Positions 1 to 10,459 of a stretch of 64,000 nucleotides of DNA are shown here, one piece after another. The position numbers were made by a program, and so were the translations under genes. The notes beneath the pieces are model-generated. The model did not search any database, was not told the origin of the DNA, and worked only from the letters and a program-made list of their open reading frames with translations. Source of the DNA: a virus; IMG/VR virus record IMGVR_UViG_3300036766_002288, positions 123,012 to 187,011 of that record. The stretch is one strand, 5' to 3'. Within the stretch, counting starts at the first letter, position 1; the number at the start of each line of letters is the position of its first letter.

Positions 1-1
1 A

Positions 2-841
2 TTGGCTGGTAATAACAAACGTGTTAGCGGTATGCCTGATGCACTTGCTAGTGATATAACTGGTTGTGAAATTATTCTTCTAAACGGCAATACTAAGACT
101 GTTAGAGGTCCGCTTTTCTGCAATGTTATTTTAGCTGACGAAATCAATCGTTTCCCACCAAAGGCGCAAAACGCTTTTATTGAAGCCCTGGCAGAAGGGT
201 CAGTTACGATTAGCAACGACACTTATCGTTTGGAGCAACCATTTTTCTGTTTAGCAACGCAAAATCCAACAGAACAAAAGGGTACTAGTCGTATTCAAGA
301 AGCTCTTGCTGACCGATTTATGTTTAAGTTGGTAATGAGAGAGACTACGGAAGCGGAAAAAGTAGAGATTGCACGGAAGACCCACAATTTTGATTTGTCT
401 GCATTGAAGCAGATTGTTGATAGTGATACGGTTTGTAAGATTAGAAATGAATTATTTGAACACACGTATGTCAGTGACCCGACACGTAAGTATTGTGCAA
501 GGTTATTGCACGCTATTAATCATCCTGAACTATTTGGATTATTCACGGATGAACTTAAGACTTTGGGGACTGATCCATTGTTCAAGCAGCGTCCTGCTTT
601 GAATGACCGTGCCATGTTGCATTTAGAAGGTGCGGCGATGATGGAAGCGGTCATGAATGGTAGGGATTATGTAACACCGTATGATGTGGTATCGGTTGCA
701 CCTGATGTATTTAGAGTTAGGTTGATCGTGTTTGATTCCTCGCTCCACCTTTTGACTTCGACATATCCAGAGAGGTATTTGGCTGAGACTAAGTTGATTG
801 ACTACTTAATCAATGAGACTTTGAATAAGGTGGGAATGTGA
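2..841 (+). CDS. moxR: MoxR-family AAA+ ATPase (5' truncated by window edge)
   Basis: Walker B ILADEINR, ATQNPTEQKGT, EALADRF arginine-finger region, PD-x-x-x-SDITG motif; Walker A lies upstream of the window. Confidence 0.9.
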   Translation: MAGNNKRVSGMPDALASDITGCEIILLNGNTKTVRGPLFCNVILADEINRFPPKAQNAFIEALAEGSVTISNDTYRLEQPFFCLATQNPTEQKGTSRIQEALADRFMFKLVMRETTEAEKVEIARKTHNFDLSALKQIVDSDTVCKIRNELFEHTYVSDPTRKYCARLLHAINHPELFGLFTDELKTLGTDPLFKQRPALNDRAMLHLEGAAMMEAVMNGRDYVTPYDVVSVAPDVFRVRLIVFDSSLHLLTSTYPERYLAETKLIDYLINETLNKVGM

Positions 842-1047
842 TTAAGTATGCTTGGAAATATGATGATGGTTCTTATTATGCTTGGTGTAGTTCTTGGGGA
901 TTCCATTGTCGTAGTATAGAGGCAGCACACCTTACCGACACTATTGAGGAGTGGGCTAGCTGTACAGCTGAGGGTAAGCCAGTTATGATTGATGTGTTTG
1001 GTGAACTTAAATATCCGTGGAATCCGACCCGCAGAGAAATAATATGA
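838..1047 (+). CDS. hypothetical protein
   Basis: ATGA-type overlaps with both neighbours. Confidence 0.5.
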   Translation: MIKYAWKYDDGSYYAWCSSWGFHCRSIEAAHLTDTIEEWASCTAEGKPVMIDVFGELKYPWNPTRREII

Positions 1048-1745
1048 CACTGAATAATGGACAAGAAGTTAGAATCGCACTGAAATCAAGACCCCCTGAC
1101 AACAAATGGGGTCTTTATGGAAGTGTTTATTGTGAAGAAGCAAAAACTTATCGCAAACGTCGTCTAATACTTCCTAAAGATTTTGTAAAAGGTCTATTCT
1201 ACATGGAAGCTGGATGTGGAATGGACGGTTGGATGGGTGCAACAAGATTTCAAATTGATGAAGTAATAGGCGATGAAGCTAAGATTTCTGTTTATTCATT
1301 AGGAAATAAAAGCAGGGGAAAAAAAGATAAAATTATTCAAGTTGCGTGGCCGCACGAATTTATAGCCGATGAACAGTCAGATGAAGTTCTGTATGAACTT
1401 TATAAAAAAGGCGTTTTTGTAAAAGGTTATGCCCACAAAGAAGTTTCTTATTTCACAGAAAAGATGAAGGAACAAGACAAAATTACTACTGACAAATATA
1501 GGCCACAAGTTGAGCAGGCTATTAAGGATGGTAAAGCCAAAATAGAATTTGAAATTTGTGAGGTTAGAGAAGGTATTGAATACTATCGTGCAAAATGTTA
1601 TGTAGATGGTTTACATGTGCCGCCTGCATTTGGGTTTACTCGTAAAGACTCCATGTATGAGTCATATTGGGATGAATGTGTTATGTTGTTAGCCAGAGAA
1701 TTAGGGTTTGTGCCAAAGAATGAGAGAGGATATTTTGTAGAATGA
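1044..1745 (+). CDS. hypothetical protein
   Basis: long ORF; start taken at the ATG coupled to the upstream TGA. Confidence 0.6.
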   Translation: MTLNNGQEVRIALKSRPPDNKWGLYGSVYCEEAKTYRKRRLILPKDFVKGLFYMEAGCGMDGWMGATRFQIDEVIGDEAKISVYSLGNKSRGKKDKIIQVAWPHEFIADEQSDEVLYELYKKGVFVKGYAHKEVSYFTEKMKEQDKITTDKYRPQVEQAIKDGKAKIEFEICEVREGIEYYRAKCYVDGLHVPPAFGFTRKDSMYESYWDECVMLLARELGFVPKNERGYFVE

Positions 1746-1936
1746 ATCATGAATGGCAGTTATTCGTCACGACTGAAAATTATGACTATGGTGGGGTAGA
1801 TTTCTATCATTGGTGCAAATGGTGTGGTTCTATGAAGAAAGTGCCTGGCAGAGTGGATAAGCAAACTATATTCTATCTTCCAGGGCGTAAATCCATACCA
1901 AATTGTGAGGAATGTGTGGGGGATATAAATGAGTGA
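1742..1936 (+). CDS. small hypothetical protein with CxxC pairs
   Basis: coupled ORF; CKWC and CEEC. Confidence 0.5.
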   Translation: MNHEWQLFVTTENYDYGGVDFYHWCKWCGSMKKVPGRVDKQTIFYLPGRKSIPNCEECVGDINE

Positions 1937-2120
1937 TTATTTAATCATTACAATGAAGGTCGTTCCTTACGATAACGTTTCCCCTGATAGTATTGAAAAG
2001 GAAATTGGAAACCAAACCACAAATTTACCCTGCAACAATCTTTTGTCTTGGGGTGGGTTGGGACCATTAGGAAAAATTTATGACGTGAAAGTTAGCCGTT
2101 CTCCTAAAGAATCATTATGA
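1929..2120 (+). CDS. hypothetical protein
   Basis: overlapping, coupled ORF. Confidence 0.45.
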   Translation: MSDYLIITMKVVPYDNVSPDSIEKEIGNQTTNLPCNNLLSWGGLGPLGKIYDVKVSRSPKESL

Positions 2121-2947
2121 AGAAGAATTTTCGTTCATTAGAACTGATAGCTAAAAAGTATTTAGATACTTTTTCTTCTGGTATTCACGGCACGCTTCTG
2201 AAGGATAGTCTCATCGAAGTAGATGTTATAAGGGAATATCAGCCTGGAGATAAAAGATTAGATTCTAAATCCAGTTTGAAAACTGGCAAAACAATGTCCA
2301 GGGTGTTCAATCCTGAACGGTCTCTTAATTTATTTATAATGTTGGATGTTAGTTCCTCCCAATATACGAAATTAGAGTCAGCGGTAATTACCGCTCTCTA
2401 CATGTCTTATTTGGGAGATATTTGTAACGAGAAGATAGGGTTATGTGTTTTTTCAGACCATGTTACTTCGGTTGTTGATGTAACAGACGATTATTCTTCG
2501 GTTGTAGGCACAATAGAAAAGTCCTTGCAATCTTTGAAGATGGACTCGGTTACAAGCGTCAATGATGCCGTAAATAAAGTATCTAATTTGTTTTTATCAA
2601 ATTCTTTGATTGTGCTTATATCTGATTTTTGTTATCCTTTGAATGATAAACTTTTGAATGATGTAAAAAAGATGGCATTATTGCCCACGAATAACTTTGT
2701 TAGTGTTGTGTTGCACAATCCTAATGATTGGATGTTATCGGTATCGGAATCTTTTAACATTACTTTGAAGGATGCTGAGAGTGGACAAGTTTCAAATTTT
2801 AATTTGAAATCAGCACAGGCTCAATATGATAAATGGCAAGCTAATTTGAAAACCAAGTTAGCTCGTTGTAATAGTGATGTTGTGTTTTTGAATGTCAAGG
2901 AAGAGAGATTTTTACTGCCATTGATAAAATATTTAATGAGGACTTGA
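2117..2947 (+). CDS. DUF58-family protein (MoxR-associated, VWA-like)
   Basis: REYQPGD motif, LDVSSS, LISDF; downstream of moxR. Confidence 0.8.
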   Translation: MKKNFRSLELIAKKYLDTFSSGIHGTLLKDSLIEVDVIREYQPGDKRLDSKSSLKTGKTMSRVFNPERSLNLFIMLDVSSSQYTKLESAVITALYMSYLGDICNEKIGLCVFSDHVTSVVDVTDDYSSVVGTIEKSLQSLKMDSVTSVNDAVNKVSNLFLSNSLIVLISDFCYPLNDKLLNDVKKMALLPTNNFVSVVLHNPNDWMLSVSESFNITLKDAESGQVSNFNLKSAQAQYDKWQANLKTKLARCNSDVVFLNVKEERFLLPLIKYLMRT

Positions 2948-2948
2948 T

Positions 2949-4472
2949 ATGAATTTTCTTGTATTGTTTACGTTGCTGTCTTTTATACCGCCTGATGATC
3001 CAATTATCGAACCTGCGCCTCCGAATCTTATTGCAGTACCGCCTGTAAAGGTGGTGCCGCGAGCGATGTTTAGTTTGGAAGATTTCCATATTTATGATGA
3101 AAAGCACAATCTACATGGATTGCCATTGACTCAAAAGATTTATGTAAGTGCCCCAAGTGACGAAGAAAAGAGACTTTTTATCAAGTTTGGTGAGAAACTT
3201 CCAGGCTTTACGGAGTTTTCGGTTATTGCCAACGGCATGAATAAGGACTTTAAGGGTTTGGTGCTTTTGTTCGACGAGAGGGGCAATGCTCTTAAGGCTT
3301 TAAATACTTGTTTGAAAGAAGGATATAGAGCCTTTCCTGTAGTAATTTATGACGATGTTGAGATGATTGTTCCTAATCAAGTAGTGGTCAGTATTCGGCC
3401 TAGTACTAGAAAGAGTGATTATTTTAAAAGATTGAATAAGGTGGCCGAAGGCAAGTTTGAAATTACAGAAATAGACAACAAAACTTTTTCTATTACTGCT
3501 AAAGAGATTGTCAATCCATCAAATATTTTAGTGTTATCGAATTTGATTTCACAAGATACTTTCTGGGTTAGTTGGGCATTGCCTGCTTTCGTACCATTGA
3601 ATGGATATATTTGGGCTACAGCAACAATTGAAACACCGTCTTATACTAACCTTGGGCAGGAACGCATTCTGAAGGTGGATATTAGTGTATTCGATCCTAA
3701 AATTGTTGTTAAGCTCGATTTGTTGCCACAAATGGGGCCAAGTTTGTATCCGTTTCCAAATGCTGGTGAAAATTGGCTTGATGTTAAACCACCTCAAATC
3801 ACAGAGACTGTTACTGCGACCAAGCGAGTAATTAGTATTTCATATCCATTTAGATATTTGCAGTTTGGCAATTTTGTATTTCAGCCAATTGCGATATCCT
3901 ATGAGAAGAATGGCAAGTTGATGCAAATAGGAACAAATACATGTCGGTTTGTCACTAAGAGTGTGATATTTGGCACTAATATCGAAGACTTACAACCAGA
4001 GTCTTATTCTCCCAATTTAGCTATGTTGCCCGCTGTTAAGCCAGTACAGACTCAAAAAGAATATTTAGGCGTGTTGGCTGGCGATGCCAAGTTGATTGTA
4101 ACAGGCTCGTTTGGTGTGGTTGGTGGAGTGTTGGTATTATTTTGGGCAGCTAGTTTACTTCCTATGTTGACTAGTATATTTAATAATAATCCTGGTGAAC
4201 ATTTATGGGAGCAATTGGATGCATGTCTGGATTTAGACCTAGAGGAAGATTGGCATCATGCTTATACTGCGATATCTTCTAGTTTGAATGCTGTGTTGGT
4301 CCGAGACTTTGGCGTATCCCTTTATTCTTTGACTCCTGAACACTGTACAGCGAATTTTTCAGAGTTGCTCGCTGAGTTGAACAAGTTGTATATGTGCGAG
4401 GAACATGTAGAGCCAGACTTTAGTGTATTGGAACACTCATTGATAGAGTTCTGCCGAAAACGTGAAATATGA
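2949..4472 (+). CDS. exported/membrane protein, BatD/DUF4381-like position in MoxR-VWA cluster
   Basis: N-terminal signal-like segment, beta-rich middle, one TM near C-terminus; gene context. Confidence 0.5.
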   Translation: MNFLVLFTLLSFIPPDDPIIEPAPPNLIAVPPVKVVPRAMFSLEDFHIYDEKHNLHGLPLTQKIYVSAPSDEEKRLFIKFGEKLPGFTEFSVIANGMNKDFKGLVLLFDERGNALKALNTCLKEGYRAFPVVIYDDVEMIVPNQVVVSIRPSTRKSDYFKRLNKVAEGKFEITEIDNKTFSITAKEIVNPSNILVLSNLISQDTFWVSWALPAFVPLNGYIWATATIETPSYTNLGQERILKVDISVFDPKIVVKLDLLPQMGPSLYPFPNAGENWLDVKPPQITETVTATKRVISISYPFRYLQFGNFVFQPIAISYEKNGKLMQIGTNTCRFVTKSVIFGTNIEDLQPESYSPNLAMLPAVKPVQTQKEYLGVLAGDAKLIVTGSFGVVGGVLVLFWAASLLPMLTSIFNNNPGEHLWEQLDACLDLDLEEDWHHAYTAISSSLNAVLVRDFGVSLYSLTPEHCTANFSELLAELNKLYMCEEHVEPDFSVLEHSLIEFCRKREI

Positions 4473-5530
4473 TTGATAATCCTTATTTCCTGCTGCTTTT
4501 CCTAGTATTTCTGGCGTATTTATACTTCTGGAAATCTAGGAAATTCTATTTCCGTCATCCTTGTATGGAAAATCTCTCAACTTATAATCCAAGATTATGG
4601 TTGAGATGGGAATTTTTCATGCTAATGGGTGCTGCGTTTCTGGTGATGGGAGCGTGTAATTTCGTCTGGAAGACCAAAGAGAGTTTTAGGGTTAGTTTAG
4701 TCCATAAGTATGTTTTGATTAATGATGGCAGTGGCTCAATGGTGGATTATAACAAGCCAAATGGCATCGGCAAAGAACTGACTTCTGTTTTATCAGGCAA
4801 TGCCAAGTTATTTGAGTTCTTAGGCAAGCGGCAAGATGGTAGTAAGGACTTGGTTGGTGCCGTCGTATTTTCTAGTGACTCGTATGTAGTTTCATTCTTA
4901 TCAGATGATCCAGAGTTTGTGCATAAGAAACTAAAAAGGGTGGATTATAGGCTTCCGCCTATGAATCAGGGGACATATGTAGGAATTGGTCTGTGGACTG
5001 GTCTAGAAATGGTTTTGTCTCACGACAAGTCGATCAGTCAAAGTGACCTTGACCACTTGCAATTGAAATTCTATGGTGCAGGACACAATATCAAAAAAGA
5101 TAGTGTTACTGAGGCTCTGGTTGCGAACAAGAATGTGTTTGCAGGAAGCTCGCTCATATTCTTCACAGATGGGATTTTCGATTATCCTGAAGGTAATCCC
5201 AGGATAATGTCCACTTACAAGATCATTAATTTTTGTAAGGATATGGGTATTAGGGTCTATTTCATATCTATATTCCAATTGGACCCACTTATCATAAGAT
5301 ACTGTAAGGATTCTGGGGGCAGAGGAGAACTTATTACGGATGGTTACAACAAGAAAAGATTAGAAGAGATTTACGAAGACATAGTAACTAGTCAGGCTAA
5401 GGAATATACAATAAAAGAAGAAAGTGTAGATAGGTCATTAGGTACTATTTTAGGTTTAATTGGTTTGGCTTTAGTATTATGTGGATTGGTTTTACACAAC
5501 ACAAAACAGTTGAATTTTACAGAGGTTTAA
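4469..5530 (+). CDS. membrane-anchored VWA protein (BatA-like)
   Basis: N-terminal TMs, MIDAS DGSGS...T...FFTDG, C-terminal TM. Confidence 0.85.
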   Translation: MIDNPYFLLLFLVFLAYLYFWKSRKFYFRHPCMENLSTYNPRLWLRWEFFMLMGAAFLVMGACNFVWKTKESFRVSLVHKYVLINDGSGSMVDYNKPNGIGKELTSVLSGNAKLFEFLGKRQDGSKDLVGAVVFSSDSYVVSFLSDDPEFVHKKLKRVDYRLPPMNQGTYVGIGLWTGLEMVLSHDKSISQSDLDHLQLKFYGAGHNIKKDSVTEALVANKNVFAGSSLIFFTDGIFDYPEGNPRIMSTYKIINFCKDMGIRVYFISIFQLDPLIIRYCKDSGGRGELITDGYNKKRLEEIYEDIVTSQAKEYTIKEESVDRSLGTILGLIGLALVLCGLVLHNTKQLNFTEV

Positions 5531-5532
5531 AC

Positions 5533-6333
5533 ATGAAGAAGTTATTGTTTGGTTTGGGATTTCTTGCACTAGCTTGTGCATCCTTTGTTTATTTAGGGCA
5601 CAAAGAAACTCAGTTTTCTAATGCTGATTTCAGAGTTGCAGAAGACGATTATTTTAACCAACTTAAGTTCAATAAGGTTAATGGGATGTTTAATAAGGCA
5701 AATTCAGAGAGTAGTCTTGCCATAGTTGAAGCGTTATATTTGGGGACATTGGATGAAGTTGCTGAAGCAAGAATGGGGCCTTATGTTACTTTGAAGAAGG
5801 CTTCATTGTTGTTTAATCAAGGGGAATACTATTTGCATAGGGCGGAAGAGATTGAGTTTTCTTTATCCTCGCCGCCTAAGCCAGCAGGTCCACCAGATGT
5901 TGACCCAGAGAATCCAAATGTAGAGCCAATAGCCGCCCCGAACGAACAGAGGAAATATCATCCTTTGACAATACAGATGTTGCAGAAGGCTACGGATTCT
6001 TATGAAGCTGCTAGAAAAGAAGTTGACAAATTGTCAGAAAATACTGATATTGAGTTCAATTTTGGAATGAATTATCTTAAGGGTGAGATTTACTATCGCT
6101 TTTTAGAATTCATGTCAGATAGTGATACTGCACAAGAGTTATTCAATCAGACATTGAACTATTACAAGATAGCTCTTAGGCACAAACCTGGGGATATCAA
6201 TACGGTGGTAAACATTGAAATCCTAATTAAGAACCAGAATGATTTTTTATCTAATGCTAGTAATCCACAAGTGAAGCGTAAGCAAATGTTGAATGTTCGT
6301 AAGGCTGGACTTGGTTCGTCAAAGGGGAACTAA
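5533..6333 (+). CDS. N-terminally anchored helical/TPR-like protein (BatC-like position)
   Basis: hydrophobic N-terminus; YLKGEIYY...ALRHKPGDINTVVNIE is TPR-like. Confidence 0.5.
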   Translation: MKKLLFGLGFLALACASFVYLGHKETQFSNADFRVAEDDYFNQLKFNKVNGMFNKANSESSLAIVEALYLGTLDEVAEARMGPYVTLKKASLLFNQGEYYLHRAEEIEFSLSSPPKPAGPPDVDPENPNVEPIAAPNEQRKYHPLTIQMLQKATDSYEAARKEVDKLSENTDIEFNFGMNYLKGEIYYRFLEFMSDSDTAQELFNQTLNYYKIALRHKPGDINTVVNIEILIKNQNDFLSNASNPQVKRKQMLNVRKAGLGSSKGN

Positions 6334-6334
6334 C

Positions 6335-7357
6335 ATGCTGTTTGATAATCCAGTCTATCTGTGGTTGCTACTTATTTCTGCACCAATAGCGATTCTTTTA
6401 TTGAACACTATTCGTTTGTTCATGAGATTTCATAACAAGATAGCGGAAGAGTTTTTCGCTTATAGTAAATTCCCTTCTTACCTTAGAAGAGGTATTAGTC
6501 ATGGCGGTTATATTGCTGCGTTGATATTTCTTATTGTAGGCTTGGCGGAACCATACATTATGGTGAACGTCAGGGATAAGGAATATAAGGATATGCGTCT
6601 TTTGTTTGTATTAGACGTTTCCAGGTCTATGGTCTATGCGGAAGATGTTTTACCAAATCGCATGGAAGCGATGAAAAATCATGTGAAGGATTTTTATCTG
6701 CATTTAGATGGCCTGTATGAGTGTGCTATTCTTCCTTTTGCTGGTGATGCTAATCCATACTTTTGTCCTTTGACCAAGAGTAGGACTTCATTTGTGGCGA
6801 TGGTGGAAGAATTGGATTGGCGTTCAGCACCAGTATTGGGCACAGATTTAACTCGGGCAATGCAGTCTGTGCAAGATGTGTATATCAAGCAGGATAAGAT
6901 TGATAAATCTGGATTTAACATTATCATATTGATATCTGATGGTGGCAAAGAAGAATCCGTGGCCACCAATAGAATTGAATTATTGAAAATTGCGCGGGAA
7001 TTGGCAAAGAAGAATTTCAAAATTTACACGGTTGGTGTTGGTGGTGAGAAACCTTGTCCGTTGGTGGTAAGGGATAGCAAAGGTGGTTTTAAATCTTACG
7101 TACTTGGCGACAACAACCAGCCTGCAACTTCGCAATTAGATGAAGAAATTTTGAGGCAACTTGCGTCGATTGGTCACGGCAAGTATTATAGCCTAAATGC
7201 TTCTACCGCTTTAGCTTCCGACTTGAAGGAAATTGTTAAGGAGAATCAAGCTCTTATTACAGAGCAGATTCGACCAGAAAAATTTCCTTTACAGGGATAC
7301 TTATTTTCTGTTACAGTCTGCCTTCTATTCGGCTGCATGTTACTGAACAAGGTATAA
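6335..7357 (+). CDS. membrane-anchored VWA protein (BatB-like)
   Basis: MLFDNPVYLWLL BatA-type N-terminus, MIDAS DVSRS...GTD...LISDG, C-terminal TM. Confidence 0.85.
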   Translation: MLFDNPVYLWLLLISAPIAILLLNTIRLFMRFHNKIAEEFFAYSKFPSYLRRGISHGGYIAALIFLIVGLAEPYIMVNVRDKEYKDMRLLFVLDVSRSMVYAEDVLPNRMEAMKNHVKDFYLHLDGLYECAILPFAGDANPYFCPLTKSRTSFVAMVEELDWRSAPVLGTDLTRAMQSVQDVYIKQDKIDKSGFNIIILISDGGKEESVATNRIELLKIARELAKKNFKIYTVGVGGEKPCPLVVRDSKGGFKSYVLGDNNQPATSQLDEEILRQLASIGHGKYYSLNASTALASDLKEIVKENQALITEQIRPEKFPLQGYLFSVTVCLLFGCMLLNKV

Positions 7358-7361
7358 AGAA

Positions 7362-8924
7362 ATGGATAAGCTAAATGACCAAGACCAAGTAATCATTAAT
7401 TCCTTTATTGATCCTGATAAAACTGGTGTAGAGCCAAAATACCCCTTTGATGAGGAATTTCTTAGGGTTGTTCTAGGCACACTTCTTTGCAATCGTTATT
7501 TCATTTGTCAGGGCATCAACCTGATAAAGCCGATTTATTTCAGAAGTGAAATACATCAGGTCATATGCAGGACTCTATTTACATATTTCGAGCAATATAG
7601 ACAGCAGCCTAGCAAGGTATTTCTTCGTGAGTTAGTAGATGAGTATCTTAAGAAGAGATACAATAACCAGGAAGATACTTACCGTGCTATTCGTTTGATA
7701 TATCAGACTGAAATTAACTTAGTCTACGACTATTACACAAAGGGTGGTAGTGGTAGCATTATGCTCATGGTGGATTCTCCAGAAGCTATTTTGGACAAGA
7801 TCACCAGTTTTGCTAAAACACAAGCCATTAAGATTGCATTTGCTAAATCTGTGGACTTGATTAGAAGAAATCCAGAATCAGATGAGACTTTTGATAAAGT
7901 GGATTTGTTGTATAAGGAAGCGAGATTAGTAAATCGTAATATAGATTTAGGTTTGAATTATTTTGAGACTTTGGAAGAACGATATGCGAGAACCCAAGAA
8001 AATGTAGAAAAGGCAGAAACTTTTTGTAGTGGCTTCAGGTCTATTGATAGTGGTTTGATGGGTGGTGGTTTGGTCCGTGGTGAGATGGGTGCTTGGATGG
8101 GTGCTTCAGGTACGGGTAAGAGTTTAGCGTTGACATGGGCATCTGTTTGCAATATTCAAAAAGGCAAAAAGGTTCTGTATATTTCAACAGAAATGGACCC
8201 AGACCGCATTGCCACTAGATTTGATGCCCAATTAACACATATTGGCCATCATCAATTAATGCTTAGGCAGGAGGAAGTGTGGGCAGCGTTAAGAAGGCAG
8301 GTGGATGAATATGAGGATAAGAGAAGGTTAGTCATTAAGCAATTCCCAAGTGGCAGTGCGGATATGACTACCGTAAGGGCGTATTATTCGCAAATCACTT
8401 CTATGGGCTTCAGGCCAGATTTGGTTATATTTGATTATCCTGGTGATATGAAGGATAATTCTAATCTATCTGGCTGGGATTCACGTTTTAGATTGTTGAG
8501 AGAGATTCGTGGTTTTGGTGTAGAAGAAAAACATTGTACATTTATTGCAGTTCACCCAAATAGAAGTGTTTCTGAATTGGGTCTTGAGGAGTTCATGGAT
8601 GAGAAGAATCAGGGTGATTCTTTTAAGCAATTCCAGATATTTGATGCATTTTGGACATTGAATCAGACAGCGGTGGAGAATAAAGCGAATGTTGGTAGAG
8701 GATTTGTTGCCAAGGCAAGAAATGGTAAGTCAAAGTTTTCGTTTAAGATTCGCTATCATTTTGACGATCAAACTTTGAGATTGGAAGAGATAAGTCATCA
8801 AACCTATATGGGATTCATGACGAAGACCCAGGATGCAGATACGGATCACACAGAAACAGTAATTGATAAGGTCAGTGTTGAAAAAAAGAAATTTGAACCA
8901 TCTGATGGCGAGAGAATTGGCTAG
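7362..8924 (+). CDS. replicative DNA helicase, DnaB/T4 gp41-like
   Basis: Walker A GASGTGKS, YISTEM, VIFDYPG, KARNG. Confidence 0.9.
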   Translation: MDKLNDQDQVIINSFIDPDKTGVEPKYPFDEEFLRVVLGTLLCNRYFICQGINLIKPIYFRSEIHQVICRTLFTYFEQYRQQPSKVFLRELVDEYLKKRYNNQEDTYRAIRLIYQTEINLVYDYYTKGGSGSIMLMVDSPEAILDKITSFAKTQAIKIAFAKSVDLIRRNPESDETFDKVDLLYKEARLVNRNIDLGLNYFETLEERYARTQENVEKAETFCSGFRSIDSGLMGGGLVRGEMGAWMGASGTGKSLALTWASVCNIQKGKKVLYISTEMDPDRIATRFDAQLTHIGHHQLMLRQEEVWAALRRQVDEYEDKRRLVIKQFPSGSADMTTVRAYYSQITSMGFRPDLVIFDYPGDMKDNSNLSGWDSRFRLLREIRGFGVEEKHCTFIAVHPNRSVSELGLEEFMDEKNQGDSFKQFQIFDAFWTLNQTAVENKANVGRGFVAKARNGKSKFSFKIRYHFDDQTLRLEEISHQTYMGFMTKTQDADTDHTETVIDKVSVEKKKFEPSDGERIG

Positions 8925-8957
8925 CATTATTTGGTCTATTATGGTAAAAGGTGATAT

Positions 8958-9473
8958 ATGCTTGAAGAAAAAAGAAAAGTAAATGTGAATGGTCAAGAAG
9001 TGGTTCTTGACTCTGGTAAATTATTTTTTAGTGAAGGAACACTGGATAATTATCTAGAAGTTGAAGGCGGCTGGATTGATTATTTTGGAGCAAAACTCGC
9101 GGATGCTGAGCGACAGCTAGCAGAGTGGGAAATGAAAGTTGAGATTGAAGAAGATGAATATGAGCGGGTATATGCCAGAGTATTCAGCACGATTAAATCT
9201 ACGGAAGGCGGCTCAGATAAGTTGGTCGAAGGTCAGACTAAGATAGAAGCCACAGTCGTAGCCGCAAAAACCAAAGTTCAAGAATATAGAGAAAAGGCTA
9301 TTGCTTACAAACATGCTGTGAATATGCTTAAACAGCACTTACGCGCATGGGATAAAAATCATGAAAATGCACAAAATCGCGGTAATACGTTAAGAAAAGA
9401 AATGGAAAGGTTACATAAGGATCGTTTCTTAGATGACAAGATTGACGATATTATTAAACATGTAGATGTATAG
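8958..9473 (+). CDS. UvsY-like recombination mediator (coiled coil)
   Basis: size, coiled-coil character and position next to helicase. Confidence 0.5.
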   Translation: MLEEKRKVNVNGQEVVLDSGKLFFSEGTLDNYLEVEGGWIDYFGAKLADAERQLAEWEMKVEIEEDEYERVYARVFSTIKSTEGGSDKLVEGQTKIEATVVAAKTKVQEYREKAIAYKHAVNMLKQHLRAWDKNHENAQNRGNTLRKEMERLHKDRFLDDKIDDIIKHVDV

Positions 9474-9483
9474 GAGTTTGCAA

Positions 9484-10110
9484 ATGAATCGGCGTGAAGT
9501 TATTGCATTAGGTGCTAGTATAGTTTTTTCTTTACCTGCACAAGCGGCCAAGAAGTCTGAAAAATGTCCTTGTGTAGATCAAGACAAGAAGGCTACTAAT
9601 CCATTAGAAAGAAAGCACGCTCAGATTTGTGCTTTCCACATTGGATATGATGACTCTAAGTTGCAAATTGAAACAACTCATTATTGTACTGCTGTAGGGG
9701 ACGGAGTGTTTCAATGCATACTATATGATTCACCTGAAAAAGATGCTAAGTTAATTGGTGTTGAGTATGTTGTTACAGAGCAGGTTTTCGGTCAACTACC
9801 CCAAGAAGAAACTAAATTATGGCATCCTCATAGATTTGAAATTGAGGAAGGTTTGTTTACTATTCATAAAGTGACTAAAAACTGTGAAGAAACTTTGTTG
9901 AAGGCTTTGTATAGTTCTTGGGGCAAAACATGGCAAACTTGGCCTGACGTAACTAGCAAGGTTCCAATGGGTAAACCAATTCTTATGTGGTCTGCTAGAC
10001 AGGCGAATGAGGTCGATCCAAAGTTAATTCAAAAGCGGGATAAGAAATATAATATTAAAATAGAGGATGTGAAGAAATCCAGAGAGTTTTTAGGGGAGGG
10101 ACAAAAGTGA
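9484..10110 (+). CDS. DUF1264/OBAP-family protein with Tat-like signal
   Basis: MNRREVIALGA twin-Arg leader; ETTHYC, QCILYDS, LIGVEY, LWHPH, GKTWQTW; SD AGGAG. Confidence 0.8.
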   Translation: MNRREVIALGASIVFSLPAQAAKKSEKCPCVDQDKKATNPLERKHAQICAFHIGYDDSKLQIETTHYCTAVGDGVFQCILYDSPEKDAKLIGVEYVVTEQVFGQLPQEETKLWHPHRFEIEEGLFTIHKVTKNCEETLLKALYSSWGKTWQTWPDVTSKVPMGKPILMWSARQANEVDPKLIQKRDKKYNIKIEDVKKSREFLGEGQK

Positions 10111-10358
10111 AAGATTACTATTTCTTTTTCAAAGATGGTATGCCTTTAGCTGTGTTCTTAACAGAATTCATGGGCGATGCGATGGATTTATTTGGACGCC
10201 TTTATAGACAGTCTTGGTCTGAGTCCATCCGCGAAGGCGTAACGGTTATCAAGGAAAAAGATGTTGACCCTGAAGTTTGGCAAAGAGTTCATGATGAATA
10301 TAAGGCTCAAGCTGAATTAAAGAATCAGATAGAAGAAAGTAAGCATAAGCTTGAATAG
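10107..10358 (+). CDS. hypothetical protein; possible TAG readthrough to 10463
   Basis: ends in TAG but the frame stays open 34 codons to a TGA coupled (ATGA) with the next gene. Confidence 0.55.
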   Translation: MKDYYFFFKDGMPLAVFLTEFMGDAMDLFGRLYRQSWSESIREGVTVIKEKDVDPEVWQRVHDEYKAQAELKNQIEESKHKLE

Positions 10359-10459
10359 GAAGCAGCACAAGCAAAATTGGCTAAGGCAAACTTAATTGCA
10401 CCAAAACCCAGAATTATTGAGCATGGTTCTACCATGTTAGAGACTGCGAAATATATGAA

